Positions 1 to 9,533 of a DNA stretch of 57,347 nucleotides are shown here, piece after piece. The notes beneath the pieces are model-generated. The model was not told the origin of the DNA. It saw nothing but the letters and a program-made list of their open reading frames with translations, and searched no databases. The position numbers and the translations under genes were made by a program. How positions within the stretch are numbered: the first letter of the stretch is position 1; every line of letters begins with the position of its first letter. The DNA comes from Fidelibacterota bacterium (lineage in GTDB: Bacteria; Fidelibacterota; Marinisomatia; Marinisomatales; S15-B10), in contig JBJKZS010000104.1 of the NCBI GenBank assembly GCA_045569115.1, forward strand, positions 1 through 57,347. Direction: 5' to 3'.

Positions 1-532
1 TTCCCAAAGGTTTTCCTTTATCCCTTCGCGATAATTATTATATCGTGCCGATACGAATAAAAAATCTGATAATCGATTAATATATTGCAAATAAAGAGGA
101 TTAAGCGGTTCCTTTTGGTTAAGATTAACTAAGTCACGCTCAGATCGCCGGCAGACAGCCCTAGCTTGATGGAGCAAAACACTACCCCTAGAACCGCGTG
201 GAAGGACAAAGTCTTCTAATGGTGGAAGATCCGAATTTAATGTGTCAATTGCTTCCTCAAGTAAACCAACATCTTCAGGTTTACCAAATTTAATGATCAT
301 CAGGCAAAGCAAGTTCTCCACCTATATGGAACAACACTTGTTGAATGAGATTTAAAGTATGAACAATTTTTTCATCAACCTTTTCTGAAAGAACTACACC
401 TAGAACTGAGTTTAGTTCATCAAGAGAACCAAATGCAATAATACGACAAGAGTTTTTCATAACACGTTCACCTTTGCCTAGGCCTGTGCTTCCATCATCT
501 CCTGTTCGGGTATATACTTTAGTTATTCTCAT
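1..532 (-). pseudogene. PduO-type ATP:cob(I)alamin adenosyltransferase, split by a frame change at about 290-294; C-terminus runs off the window edge
   Basis: ORF 290..532 gives the N-terminal half (MRITKVYTRTGDDGSTGL..SLDELNS..FHIGGELALPDDH*). My translation of 294..1 in the neighbouring frame gives IKFGKPEDVGLLEEAIDTLNSDLPPLEDFVLPRGSRGSVLLHQARAVCRRSERDLV..YINRLSDFLFVSARY, which is the C-terminal half of the same family. The halves abut exactly where an intact protein would continue. Confidence 0.8.
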
Positions 533-559
533 AAAATAGTTGATTTGTATTAAGTCAAA

Positions 560-1984
560 TCAAAGAAAGAAAATCCAACTGACAAGAAAGAATATTGGGA
601 TTAGAATTGGGACAGAATATTTTATCATATAACCAAAAAAACTGGGCATTTCTATTCCCTGTTCCTCAGCAATAGCTTTTACCATAAAATTGGGTGCATT
701 ACCAATATAGGTATTTGCCCCCATAAATACCGCACCCGCTGAGATTGCAAGTAGAGTTTGATGTAAATCACCCATCAACTCTATAGGATCACCACCGGCT
801 GTGTTAAAAAATACAAGGTATGTTGGCGCATTATCCAAAAAACTTGACAGAATACCAGTAGCCCAAAAGTAGGCTACATTAATTGGATCCCCCGCTGAAG
901 TTGAAACAGTTCCAACAACACTAGAAAGCGCACCTTCCTTACCAGCCTTAAGTATCGCAATAGCCGGAATAATGGTAACAAAAATCCCGGCGAAAAGTTT
1001 AGCAACCTCTTGAATTGGGAACCATGTAAATTGATTTCTTTTTCGAATATCTATTGAGGTTAAACTCCAACTAGTAAATGTAAGAGCCAAAAGAAGCAAG
1101 TCACGGGATAAATTCTGAAGCTCAACTTCTACATGATACACAGAAAAAGAAATATGAGGATTCCATATTCCACTCATAAGAACAGCCCCAACCGCAAATG
1201 CAAGAATTATAAGATTATTCGAGCCTTCAAGTCCTAACTTCTCATGTTCAGCTTCTACTAGGGGAGCAGTTCTATTTGGCTCCTGTTTCATATAAAATGA
1301 GTCTATGAAATAAAAAAGGATCCATAGAATTATTGATACTACCATCATAGGAACAAACATCGCACTAGTTGTCCAGAAAAAATCAATGCCTTTAAGAAAA
1401 CCTAAAAATAATGGCGGGTCACCCAACGGTGTTAATGATCCCCCCACGTTTGCAACAAGGAAAATGAAGAAAATAACAACATGAGTCTTTTTTTTCCTCC
1501 AAGAATTTGCCCGAATTAGAGGTCTTATAAGCAACATAGCAGCGCCTGTTGTACCCATCCAGCTAGCAAGTAATGTTCCAATGATCAAGATTGCAAGATT
1601 AAGTACAGGAGTTCCTCTAAGAGATCCTTTAATCCTGACTCCTCCAGCAATTGTAAATAGCGCTAGCAGTAAAATAATAAAGGGTATGTATTCGAGTAAA
1701 AAAACATGTAGTAATTCATAAACTGTTACTGAAAAACCAACCTTTACAACCATTGGTAGCAGTAATAGAATAGCCCAAAATGCGGAAACTTTTCCAAAAT
1801 TATGGTGCCAAAATCTAGATGCTAATAGTGGGAAAATCGCGATAGATAACAAAATACCCGCAAATGGAATTACCCATATAACTGATAAATCACCCCCCTT
1901 AAGATGAGGTGCTAAATGTCCATCAGATGCCGCAAAAACAATCCCTGGCAAGAAAGAGAGAAATATAAAAATAGTTTTTTTCAT
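560..1984 (-). CDS. ArsB/NhaD-superfamily permease, most like NhaD-type sodium:proton antiporters
   Basis: 474-aa polytopic membrane ORF with a signal-like N-terminus. Contains LTPLGDPPLFLGFL and FLDNAPTY motifs typical of this permease superfamily. Same strand as nqr and just downstream of it. Confidence 0.6.
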   Translation of the reverse strand: MKKTIFIFLSFLPGIVFAASDGHLAPHLKGGDLSVIWVIPFAGILLSIAIFPLLASRFWHHNFGKVSAFWAILLLLPMVVKVGFSVTVYELLHVFLLEYIPFIILLLALFTIAGGVRIKGSLRGTPVLNLAILIIGTLLASWMGTTGAAMLLIRPLIRANSWRKKKTHVVIFFIFLVANVGGSLTPLGDPPLFLGFLKGIDFFWTTSAMFVPMMVVSIILWILFYFIDSFYMKQEPNRTAPLVEAEHEKLGLEGSNNLIILAFAVGAVLMSGIWNPHISFSVYHVEVELQNLSRDLLLLALTFTSWSLTSIDIRKRNQFTWFPIQEVAKLFAGIFVTIIPAIAILKAGKEGALSSVVGTVSTSAGDPINVAYFWATGILSSFLDNAPTYLVFFNTAGGDPIELMGDLHQTLLAISAGAVFMGANTYIGNAPNFMVKAIAEEQGIEMPSFFGYMIKYSVPILIPIFFLVSWIFFL

Positions 1985-2098
1985 GATTATAACTGGCTCA
2001 AACTATTGATAAATTACATTATTGAAAATGGAAAAAACGCAGAATCAATTTTTTTTTTCATAAATGGGAAACTCTAAACCTTTAAAGTAATTTTTATT

Positions 2099-2272
2099 AT
2101 GGAAATTATTTTCGTTCTAATCATTTTATCTCTTGCTTTTTTTGGCATGTCAATTGGTGTTATTCTAAAAAACAAACCTCTTCAGGGTTCATGTGGTGGT
2201 CTAAACCAAGAAGGAGAATGTTCTATATGTGGTGGAGATCCTGACAAGTGTGATGAAAAAGACAACTCTTAA
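2099..2272 (+). CDS. nqrM: (Na+)-NQR maturation protein NqrM (DUF539 family), 57 aa
   Basis: Hand-translated; below the ORF-track size cutoff. Sequence is [57 protein letters not shown]. It has one N-terminal TM helix, then the GSCGG motif and three further Cys, which is the NqrM signature. Its stop (2270-2272) overlaps the nqrF stop (2269-2271) on the other strand. Confidence 0.8.
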   Translation: MEIIFVLIILSLAFFGMSIGVILKNKPLQGSCGGLNQEGECSICGGDPDKCDEKDNS

Positions 2273-3501
2273 CCAAACACATCATAGGCTATCATATCTT
2301 CTTCAACACCCATTTCAAAAATCATATTTTCACAGGCCGTAACCATCATCGGAGGACCGCACATATAGTACTCTACTTCTGAAGGATCATCATGTCTTTT
2401 TAAATAATGTTCATGGACTACTTGGTGTATGAAACCAACAGGTCCATTCCATTGATCTTCTGGCAGTGGTTCCGATAAAGCTACTTTGTAAGTAAAATTA
2501 GGGAATTCTTCAGCAATTTTTTTGAAATCATCATCATAAAACATCTCTCGTACTGATCTTGCTCCATACCAAAATGAAACTTTCCGCCCAGTTTTGAGAG
2601 TATGGAACAAATGGAATAGATGTGATCTCATTGGAGCCATACCAGCACCGCCACCAATATATATCATCTCCCTATCCGTATCCTTTATGAAAAACTCGCC
2701 ATATGGTCCCGAAATTGTCACCTTATCTCCTGGCTTTAAATTAAAAATATAACTTGATGCAATCCCTGGTGGCGTGACATCCCAAAGCTTTGGGGGAGGA
2801 GTCGCAATCCTAATATTTAAAATAATTCGATTTCCTTCTGCCGGATGATTAGCCATGGAATAAGCCCGGAATACAGACTCTTCATTATTTGCAGTTAAAT
2901 CCCAAATATTATACTTATCCCAATCTGGGTGATACTGATCCTCAACATCAAAATTACTGTAGAGTAAATTAGAGTATTCAGGGATATCTATTTGGATATA
3001 CCCACCAGCTTGAAAATCAAGATTTTCACCTTTAGGTAAATCAAGAACAAGTTCTTTTATAAACGTAGCTACATTCTTATTTGATACAACAGTACATTCC
3101 CATTTTTTGATTTTAAAAATTTCTTCCGCTACATGAATTTTCATATCTTCCTTAATTTTAACTTGACAAGCCAATCGCCATTTATCCTTGGCTTCGTTCC
3201 GACTAATATGCCCCATTTCCGTAGGAAGAATTTCTCCACCCCCTTCTAATATCTGACATTTACACATCGCACAAGTTCCACCGCCACCACAAGCTGAAGG
3301 GAGAAAAATACTTTGTGATGACAAAGCGCTCAGAAGTGTCTCTCCAGGACGAGTAATTAGGGGAGAGGACTCATCATCATTGATTAGAATAGATACATCT
3401 CCTGATGGAAGCAGTTTATTACCCGCAAAATTTAAAATCAGTACTAACGCAATAATAACCCCGGTAAAAACAATAATTCCCGCAATGGTTGTCTCAATCA
3501 T
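2269..3501 (-). CDS. nqrF: Na+-translocating NADH:quinone oxidoreductase subunit F
   Basis: 410 aa with an N-terminal TM helix and a 2Fe-2S ferredoxin Cys cluster ([13 protein letters not shown]). FAD/NADH domain motifs RAYSMAN and GGGAGMAPM are present. Confidence 0.96.
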   Translation of the reverse strand: MIETTIAGIIVFTGVIIALVLILNFAGNKLLPSGDVSILINDDESSPLITRPGETLLSALSSQSIFLPSACGGGGTCAMCKCQILEGGGEILPTEMGHISRNEAKDKWRLACQVKIKEDMKIHVAEEIFKIKKWECTVVSNKNVATFIKELVLDLPKGENLDFQAGGYIQIDIPEYSNLLYSNFDVEDQYHPDWDKYNIWDLTANNEESVFRAYSMANHPAEGNRIILNIRIATPPPKLWDVTPPGIASSYIFNLKPGDKVTISGPYGEFFIKDTDREMIYIGGGAGMAPMRSHLFHLFHTLKTGRKVSFWYGARSVREMFYDDDFKKIAEEFPNFTYKVALSEPLPEDQWNGPVGFIHQVVHEHYLKRHDDPSEVEYYMCGPPMMVTACENMIFEMGVEEDMIAYDVFG

Positions 3502-4112
3502 AGGTCAATTCCAGAAAAAGCCATGAATGCCATAGAAATTAAACCCGTTAAAAGCATAGCCATCCCAACGCCCCTTAAATGTGTCGGAACATTTGAGTAA
3601 CGAAGCCTGAACCTGATTGCCGCAATAGAAACAATTGCAAGAAAAAAACCAAAACCTGAGCCAAAACCAAAAACCAATGACTCTAAGAAAGTATATTCTC
3701 TTTCAACTAAAAAAAGAGAGCCTCCTAAAATAGCACAATTCACAGCAATAAGAGGGAGATAGATCCCTAAACTATGGTGCAGGGTAGGTGAAAATCGATC
3801 TAAAAACATTTCCACTAGTTGAACCATTGCAGCAATCACAGCAATAAAAACAATATTGTTAAGATAAGATAAATCTATATCTGAATAGCCTAACCATGAT
3901 AAAGCTCCATCTTCTAGTAAATAATGATGTATTAACCAATTTGCGGGTGCTGTGAGAGTTAGAACAAAAGTAACAGCCTTTCCAAGACCAATTGATGTTT
4001 CAACTTGTTTAGAAATTGCTAAGAAGGAACACATACCCAAGAAATAGGCAAGAACGATATTTTCAATAAAAATTGATTTTGTCAACAGACTAAGATAATG
4101 CTCAAAGCCCAT
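3498..4112 (-). CDS. nqrE: Na+-NQR subunit E
   Basis: Polytopic protein starting [28 protein letters not shown], a typical NqrE N-terminus. I chose the ATG at 4112 (TAATG overlap with the nqrD stop) rather than the track start at 4151. Confidence 0.93.
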   Translation of the reverse strand: MGFEHYLSLLTKSIFIENIVLAYFLGMCSFLAISKQVETSIGLGKAVTFVLTLTAPANWLIHHYLLEDGALSWLGYSDIDLSYLNNIVFIAVIAAMVQLVEMFLDRFSPTLHHSLGIYLPLIAVNCAILGGSLFLVEREYTFLESLVFGFGSGFGFFLAIVSIAAIRFRLRYSNVPTHLRGVGMAMLLTGLISMAFMAFSGIDL

Positions 4113-4738
4113 TACTGCTCCTCCTGCTTTGTAAATTGAAGCTGAAGCCATACAATTAAACCCAGAACAATAAAAGCCCCAGGGGAGAGCACCATTAAAC
4201 CAAGATTTTCATATCCTTTATCATATAACCAAAGAGGAATAATTTGATAACCATAAAGGGTCCCCGAACCAAGCAGTTCGCGAAAGAATGAAACCATTAT
4301 TAGAATTCCACCATATCCTATACCATTTCCTAAACCATCTAGGAATGATTTACCTGGAGAGTTCTGCATTGCAAAAGCTTCAGCACGTCCCATAACAATG
4401 CAGTTAGTAATAATCAAAGCAACAAAAACTGTTAACTGTTTACTCATATCATACATATAGGCTTGAAGAACCATGTCAATAAAAGTAACAAGACCCGCAA
4501 TAATCGAAAGTTGTATTATAATCCGAGTTCTATTTGGGATAAATGATCTAATTAAAGAAACAATAGAATTTGACATCGTAAGTACAAATACAACAGCAGC
4601 TGTCATTATGACAGCTTGATCTACTCGAACAGTAACAGCAAGGGCTGAACATATACCCAACACCTGAATACCAATGGGATTATTCCTCATTAAAGGATCA
4701 GCAATAGCCTTACGTGAGGATTTATTTAAGATTGCCAT
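4112..4738 (-). CDS. nqrD: Na+-NQR subunit D
   Basis: 208-aa polytopic protein (..[17 protein letters not shown]..) in the conserved position between nqrC and nqrE. Confidence 0.95.
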   Translation of the reverse strand: MAILNKSSRKAIADPLMRNNPIGIQVLGICSALAVTVRVDQAVIMTAAVVFVLTMSNSIVSLIRSFIPNRTRIIIQLSIIAGLVTFIDMVLQAYMYDMSKQLTVFVALIITNCIVMGRAEAFAMQNSPGKSFLDGLGNGIGYGGILIMVSFFRELLGSGTLYGYQIIPLWLYDKGYENLGLMVLSPGAFIVLGLIVWLQLQFTKQEEQ

Positions 4739-5460
4739 GTAATTGATTCCTTTTCCTTCTTACGAATCCTCTTAAAAAATGGTTCATACTTACTCAAATC
4801 TTCTTTGAGAAAACTATTAACACCTTTTGAGGTCATTGTAGCACCTGATATGCCATCCACTTGATGATAGGATTCACTTGAACTCTCATCAACCTTTCCT
4901 TTAACAACTTGAATACTTATTAATCGTCCATTGTTATCTACTACTTTTTTCCCGATGAAATTACTGGTGAACCAATCTTTTTCTACTTCACCACCAAGGC
5001 CTGGAGTTTCTTTATGTTTATAGAATTGAATACCTTTCACTGTTACAGCATCAGGTTCAAGAGCAAGATACCCATATAATGTCGACCATAAGCCACGACC
5101 AATTACCGGAATAGCATAACCTTCAATTTTATCATCAATTATTTTCGTAAAAAGAGGGAAAAATGTAGTATCACTCTCAGGGTTTATTAAATCAAGATCT
5201 ACACCCTTAACTTCTTGGCCTTGTCGATCTAGAATGGAAGTTCTAATATAGTTGTCATACAAAGACTGTACTGTTTCATTGGTCCACACTTCCCCTTCAT
5301 TTTCTCTAACATCTAAAGCTCTAAGAATATTTTTTTTCATATCTACAGCAATATTTTGCTCGGTAATTAACTCTAGCTTAGAAAATGCCATTGATAAAAG
5401 GAAACCTAGAATTATTGTTACTATACTAGTAAATATTAAGACGTAATTGTTACTTCGCAT
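4726..5460 (-). CDS. nqrC: Na+-NQR subunit C
   Basis: Single N-terminal TM helix and a covalent-FMN attachment motif, SGATMTS. Start moved to MRSNNYV (5460); the track start at 5526 would add 22 residues overlapping nqrB. Confidence 0.93.
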   Translation of the reverse strand: MRSNNYVLIFTSIVTIILGFLLSMAFSKLELITEQNIAVDMKKNILRALDVRENEGEVWTNETVQSLYDNYIRTSILDRQGQEVKGVDLDLINPESDTTFFPLFTKIIDDKIEGYAIPVIGRGLWSTLYGYLALEPDAVTVKGIQFYKHKETPGLGGEVEKDWFTSNFIGKKVVDNNGRLISIQVVKGKVDESSSESYHQVDGISGATMTSKGVNSFLKEDLSKYEPFFKRIRKKEKESITWQS

Positions 5461-6628
5461 ATCTGGCCATTCGCTGTTTAATATTTTTTTGAACCACAAA
5501 ATAATCAATAAAAGATGCAAATGCATTCATCAATAAAATTGCTAACATTACACCCTCAGGATAGGCTGGATTAATACTACGAATTACAATAGTTAGAAAA
5601 CCTATCATGAAACCATATATCCATTTGCCCCTATCAGTATGAGGACCAGTGACAGGCTCTGTTGCCATAAAAACAGTACCGAATAAAAACCCGCCCATTA
5701 CAAGATGATAATGTGGTGGAATCGTAAGCATGCTATTACTAGAAAATGGTGCAAGTATATTAAAAAGAAATGCAGTAGAAAAAAGTCCAACTACAGATGC
5801 TAACATTGTTCTCCAAGAAGCAATCTTGGTAATTATTAAAAAACAAGCACCTAATAGAATCAAGATTTTGCTGGTTTCACCTACTGAGCCAGGAATAAAG
5901 CCAATGAACATATTCCACCAAGAATAATCAAACTGAGTAACATTATTTAGAAGATTAACGCTATCAGCATTGACTGCTGCTGCTGGGATTGACAATGCTG
6001 TAGCACCAGAATATCCATCAGGACCAATTGCCCAAACTTTATCACCTGAAATAGCTGTAGGATAAGCAAAGTAGACAAATGCTCTAGCTGTAAGTGCGGG
6101 ATTGAAAATATTCATTCCAGTTCCACCAAATACTTCTTTACCTAAAACTACACCAAAAGAAGTTCCCGCTGCCACCATCCATAAAGGAGTATCAGGAGGC
6201 ATAGTAAGCGGTATAAGGGCACACGTAACAAGAAAGCTTTCTGTTACTTCATGTCTACGTATTATAGGAAAAAAAAGTTCCCAGAAAGCACCTGTCGCAA
6301 AAGTAATTAATAAGACTGGCAAGACATATTTCATGCCAAAAAAGAAATTACCAAACAATCCCCTAGGAATATTCAAAGCCTTTGCATTTAGATAGCCAAT
6401 ATTGATAGCACCAAAGAAATAGCATGGAATTAGAGCTACAACAACAAGAATCATAACTCGTTTGATGTCAATACTATCTCGAATATGAGGACCGTGAGAA
6501 GAAGTTTGAGCATCTGTAGAAAATAATATTGTCTCTGTAGCCTCAAAAACAGGGTAGAGCCTTTCAAGAAAACCTCCATCCTTAAATTTGGGCTCTAGTG
6601 AATCAAAAATATTTTTTAAGAATCTCAC
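5450..6628 (-). CDS. nqrB: Na+-NQR subunit B
   Basis: 392-aa polytopic protein with the FMN attachment motif YSGATALS, at the conserved operon position. Confidence 0.96.
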   Translation of the reverse strand: MRFLKNIFDSLEPKFKDGGFLERLYPVFEATETILFSTDAQTSSHGPHIRDSIDIKRVMILVVVALIPCYFFGAINIGYLNAKALNIPRGLFGNFFFGMKYVLPVLLITFATGAFWELFFPIIRRHEVTESFLVTCALIPLTMPPDTPLWMVAAGTSFGVVLGKEVFGGTGMNIFNPALTARAFVYFAYPTAISGDKVWAIGPDGYSGATALSIPAAAVNADSVNLLNNVTQFDYSWWNMFIGFIPGSVGETSKILILLGACFLIITKIASWRTMLASVVGLFSTAFLFNILAPFSSNSMLTIPPHYHLVMGGFLFGTVFMATEPVTGPHTDRGKWIYGFMIGFLTIVIRSINPAYPEGVMLAILLMNAFASFIDYFVVQKNIKQRMARYAK

Positions 6629-7977
6629 TAAGTTCCCTCATCCCAGATCATATTTAGCCCACGCCGAACCATTCCCCCTACATCAATTTTACTTGGACAG
6701 GCAAATGAACAGAGTGCTAAATCTTCCTCGTCACATTCAAGTATACCTAGCTTTTCCATCAATTCTAAATCATTGGCAACTATAGCGCGATAAAGTTCAT
6801 TGGGCAGTATATCCATTGGTAAAACAGCTTCCCAAGATCCAATTGGAACAATAGGTCGTTCACTTCCATTATTAAGCGTCGTAAAATAAAAATTTTTGTT
6901 TCTCTTACCGAAGAAACTATTCGTCAGTGAATAATGAGAGTCCGTTCCACCAAGTTGAAAAAGTCCGAGAAATTTTCGCTTCTCAGATTTTGGTACTACG
7001 CTGACACAACTGTGATAAAAACCCAGATGACCATTTTTGGATGATTCCTTTCCAGTAAGGATGTCACCAGATACAATTCGGTTGTCACCCTGCTTTATTT
7101 GATCTTTAATGATTGTATCAATAGATGTACCCAAACGTGACCTAAGATGAATTGGATTAGTTACATTTGGTCCTCCAATTGAAACTATAATACTGGGGTC
7201 AAAGTGCCCTGATAGAAAATATTTGCCTAAAAGACATACATGCTGGGCCTCAACAGTCCAAATAACATCACTAGGCTTTAACGGAGCAATATGGTGGATT
7301 TGGATACCAACATTACCAGCGGGATGAGGACCTTCAATAGTATTAAGCTTAATATTTTTTAAATCAGAAAATATATCTGAGTTATTCCGTACTGTTAAAT
7401 GAACTGAACCATCTGTTAAACATGATAAAATATCTAACCCCGCTTGAAATTCAGTCTTTTGATTTGGTAATACTAGTTCGAGATCTGGTAACATCGGCGA
7501 AGTATTGTACCCTGAAACAAATATATCTCTTGGTGATTCTTTAGGGTTTGCAACTTTATTAAAAGGACGTCGGAGTATGAATGGGAAAAGATTGCCAGTT
7601 AGTAAGCGGTTAATTACTTCTTCTTTATTTAAATTTGATAAAGTGTCTTTAGAATAGATTTTTTCTCCTAATACCTCACTTTCCTCATCAAGAATAATAG
7701 TGACTTTTTCAATTACTCGCCTTGAACCATATCTAATCTCTTTAATAGTTCCATTTCCTGGAGAAGGCCATTTCACCTCTGGCATCAATTTATCAAAAAA
7801 TAACGGTGCCCCAAGATGAACTCTTTCCCCTTCCTTAACTAATAGCTTAGGCTTTACATATCGGAAACTGTTGGGATGAATAGCTACTGAATGGGGGAAA
7901 ATGCACTCCTTGATTCCAAAGGTAGGCTGACCTGCAATATTAATGTTGTGACCTTTTTTGATTCTAATAAAAGTCAT
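6628..7977 (-). CDS. nqrA: Na+-NQR subunit A
   Basis: 449-aa soluble-type protein that opens the nqr gene order. Its stop overlaps the nqrB start by 1 nt. Confidence 0.95.
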   Translation of the reverse strand: MTFIRIKKGHNINIAGQPTFGIKECIFPHSVAIHPNSFRYVKPKLLVKEGERVHLGAPLFFDKLMPEVKWPSPGNGTIKEIRYGSRRVIEKVTIILDEESEVLGEKIYSKDTLSNLNKEEVINRLLTGNLFPFILRRPFNKVANPKESPRDIFVSGYNTSPMLPDLELVLPNQKTEFQAGLDILSCLTDGSVHLTVRNNSDIFSDLKNIKLNTIEGPHPAGNVGIQIHHIAPLKPSDVIWTVEAQHVCLLGKYFLSGHFDPSIIVSIGGPNVTNPIHLRSRLGTSIDTIIKDQIKQGDNRIVSGDILTGKESSKNGHLGFYHSCVSVVPKSEKRKFLGLFQLGGTDSHYSLTNSFFGKRNKNFYFTTLNNGSERPIVPIGSWEAVLPMDILPNELYRAIVANDLELMEKLGILECDEEDLALCSFACPSKIDVGGMVRRGLNMIWDEGT

Positions 7978-8038
7978 TGTTATCCTTATCTCAAAAACAA
8001 TTTATAGCAAATTAATTCCAGTAAGATTTTGAAAAAAA

Positions 8039-9532
8039 TCAGAATCCAGACACAAAAAACTTCACAGAACTATTAACCCAATCAGCCAAAAATGACCAGC
8101 GAATACCAAAAATTATAGAGGGTATACCTGTAACTAATATAATACCAGCCGAAACACCTTTCGGGATATAAAGGTCTCTCTGTCGATCTCCTTGAAAATA
8201 CATTACTTTAACGACTCTCATATAATAATAGAGTGAGACTACACTATTTAGCACACCAACAATAGCTAACCAATAAAAAGTAGACCCTCCATTAATGAGC
8301 GCAGCAAAAAGATACATTTTTCCAATAAAACCAGCCGTTGGTGGAATACCTGTAAGAGAAAACATAAAAATTGTCATAAAAAATCCAAGATATGGTGATT
8401 TCCATCCGATTCCGCTGTATTCATCAATATTCTCCGTACCATATTGGTTAAAAACCACTATAGAGATAAAGAAAGCTCCCAACTGCATAAAGAGATATAC
8501 AATTAAATAAAATATTATAGCATAAATGCCTTCTTGAGATAAAACAGGTACAGCCATAAGTATATAGCCTGCATGTGCTATACTAGAATACGCAAGCATA
8601 CGCTTTATATTGTTCTGCTGAATTGCTATGAGATTCCCAACCGTCATAGTTATAGCAGAAATTATCATGAGTATATCTTGCCATGGAACACCCGCAATAG
8701 ATTTCCAAACTTGACTATTAAATGGTTCTTCAATAGCAAAGGTCGAATTAAAAAATCTAATCAACAAAGCAAAGCCTGCGGCCTTTGGTGCTACTGAAAG
8801 ATACGCTGTAACTGGTGCTGGCGATCCTTCATAAACATCAGGAGTCCAAAAATGAAAAGGAACAATAGCAATTTTATAACCAAAACCAGCCATAATCATT
8901 ATAGTTGCTATTGTAAGAGCAAGGTTCGATTCAGATCCAAGTGCAACTACAGCATTCCCTAATTCTAACAACTTCATTGTTCCAGTAAGACCATAAAGCA
9001 AACTAAAACCATAAAGCATTATACCAGAAGAAAAAGCACCATAAATAACGTATTTTAATGAAGCTTCATTCGATGTCACTTTATCCTTAAGATAGCCAGC
9101 AAGAATAAAAGAAGTAATAGAAACAACCTCAATGGCTAAATATATCATAATGAGATCTATACTTGATGCCATAAGGAACATCCCAAGTACCATTACAGCC
9201 ATCAATGCATAGTATTCCCCTGTTCGAACCGATTTAAGCTCATCAGTTTTCATTGACATCATTACTACAATTAAAGTAGCTAATAGAAAAACAAATTTGA
9301 AAATTCGGGAGAAAGGGTCAACAACAATAGTATTAAGAAATAGGTTCGTGGTTTGATCTGGCGGAGAAAGCCAAAGAAAAAATGATGATATAGTTAAACC
9401 TGCAATTACAAGGTAACCTACTTTTTGAACATTTCGATCTGAAACAATTAGATCAACAATAACAGCTAAAAGGACAGTTCCTACAATTATAAGCTCAGGA
9501 ATAAAATATAATATACTCTGAATATTTCCCAT
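8039..9532 (-). CDS. nuoN: NADH:quinone oxidoreductase (NDH-1) subunit N
   Basis: 497-aa antiporter-like polytopic subunit, the last gene of the nuo order. Confidence 0.93.
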   Translation of the reverse strand: MGNIQSILYFIPELIIVGTVLLAVIVDLIVSDRNVQKVGYLVIAGLTISSFFLWLSPPDQTTNLFLNTIVVDPFSRIFKFVFLLATLIVVMMSMKTDELKSVRTGEYYALMAVMVLGMFLMASSIDLIMIYLAIEVVSITSFILAGYLKDKVTSNEASLKYVIYGAFSSGIMLYGFSLLYGLTGTMKLLELGNAVVALGSESNLALTIATIMIMAGFGYKIAIVPFHFWTPDVYEGSPAPVTAYLSVAPKAAGFALLIRFFNSTFAIEEPFNSQVWKSIAGVPWQDILMIISAITMTVGNLIAIQQNNIKRMLAYSSIAHAGYILMAVPVLSQEGIYAIIFYLIVYLFMQLGAFFISIVVFNQYGTENIDEYSGIGWKSPYLGFFMTIFMFSLTGIPPTAGFIGKMYLFAALINGGSTFYWLAIVGVLNSVVSLYYYMRVVKVMYFQGDRQRDLYIPKGVSAGIILVTGIPSIIFGIRWSFLADWVNSSVKFFVSGF

Positions 9533-9533
9533 A

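Noticed and set aside
3498-4151. Longer N-terminal extensions offered by the ORF track for nqrE (4151), nqrC (5526), nuoM (11150, GTG), nuoD (16771), nuoA (17784), wzz (41751), wza (42785), rfbB (43782), the rluB-like gene (53280) and trpS (55587).
   Set aside because: The extensions overlap the upstream gene, lack similarity to family N-termini, and an internal start gives a canonical N-terminus, often with a TAATG, ATGA or TTGA junction. The downstream starts were used, but these remain predictions.
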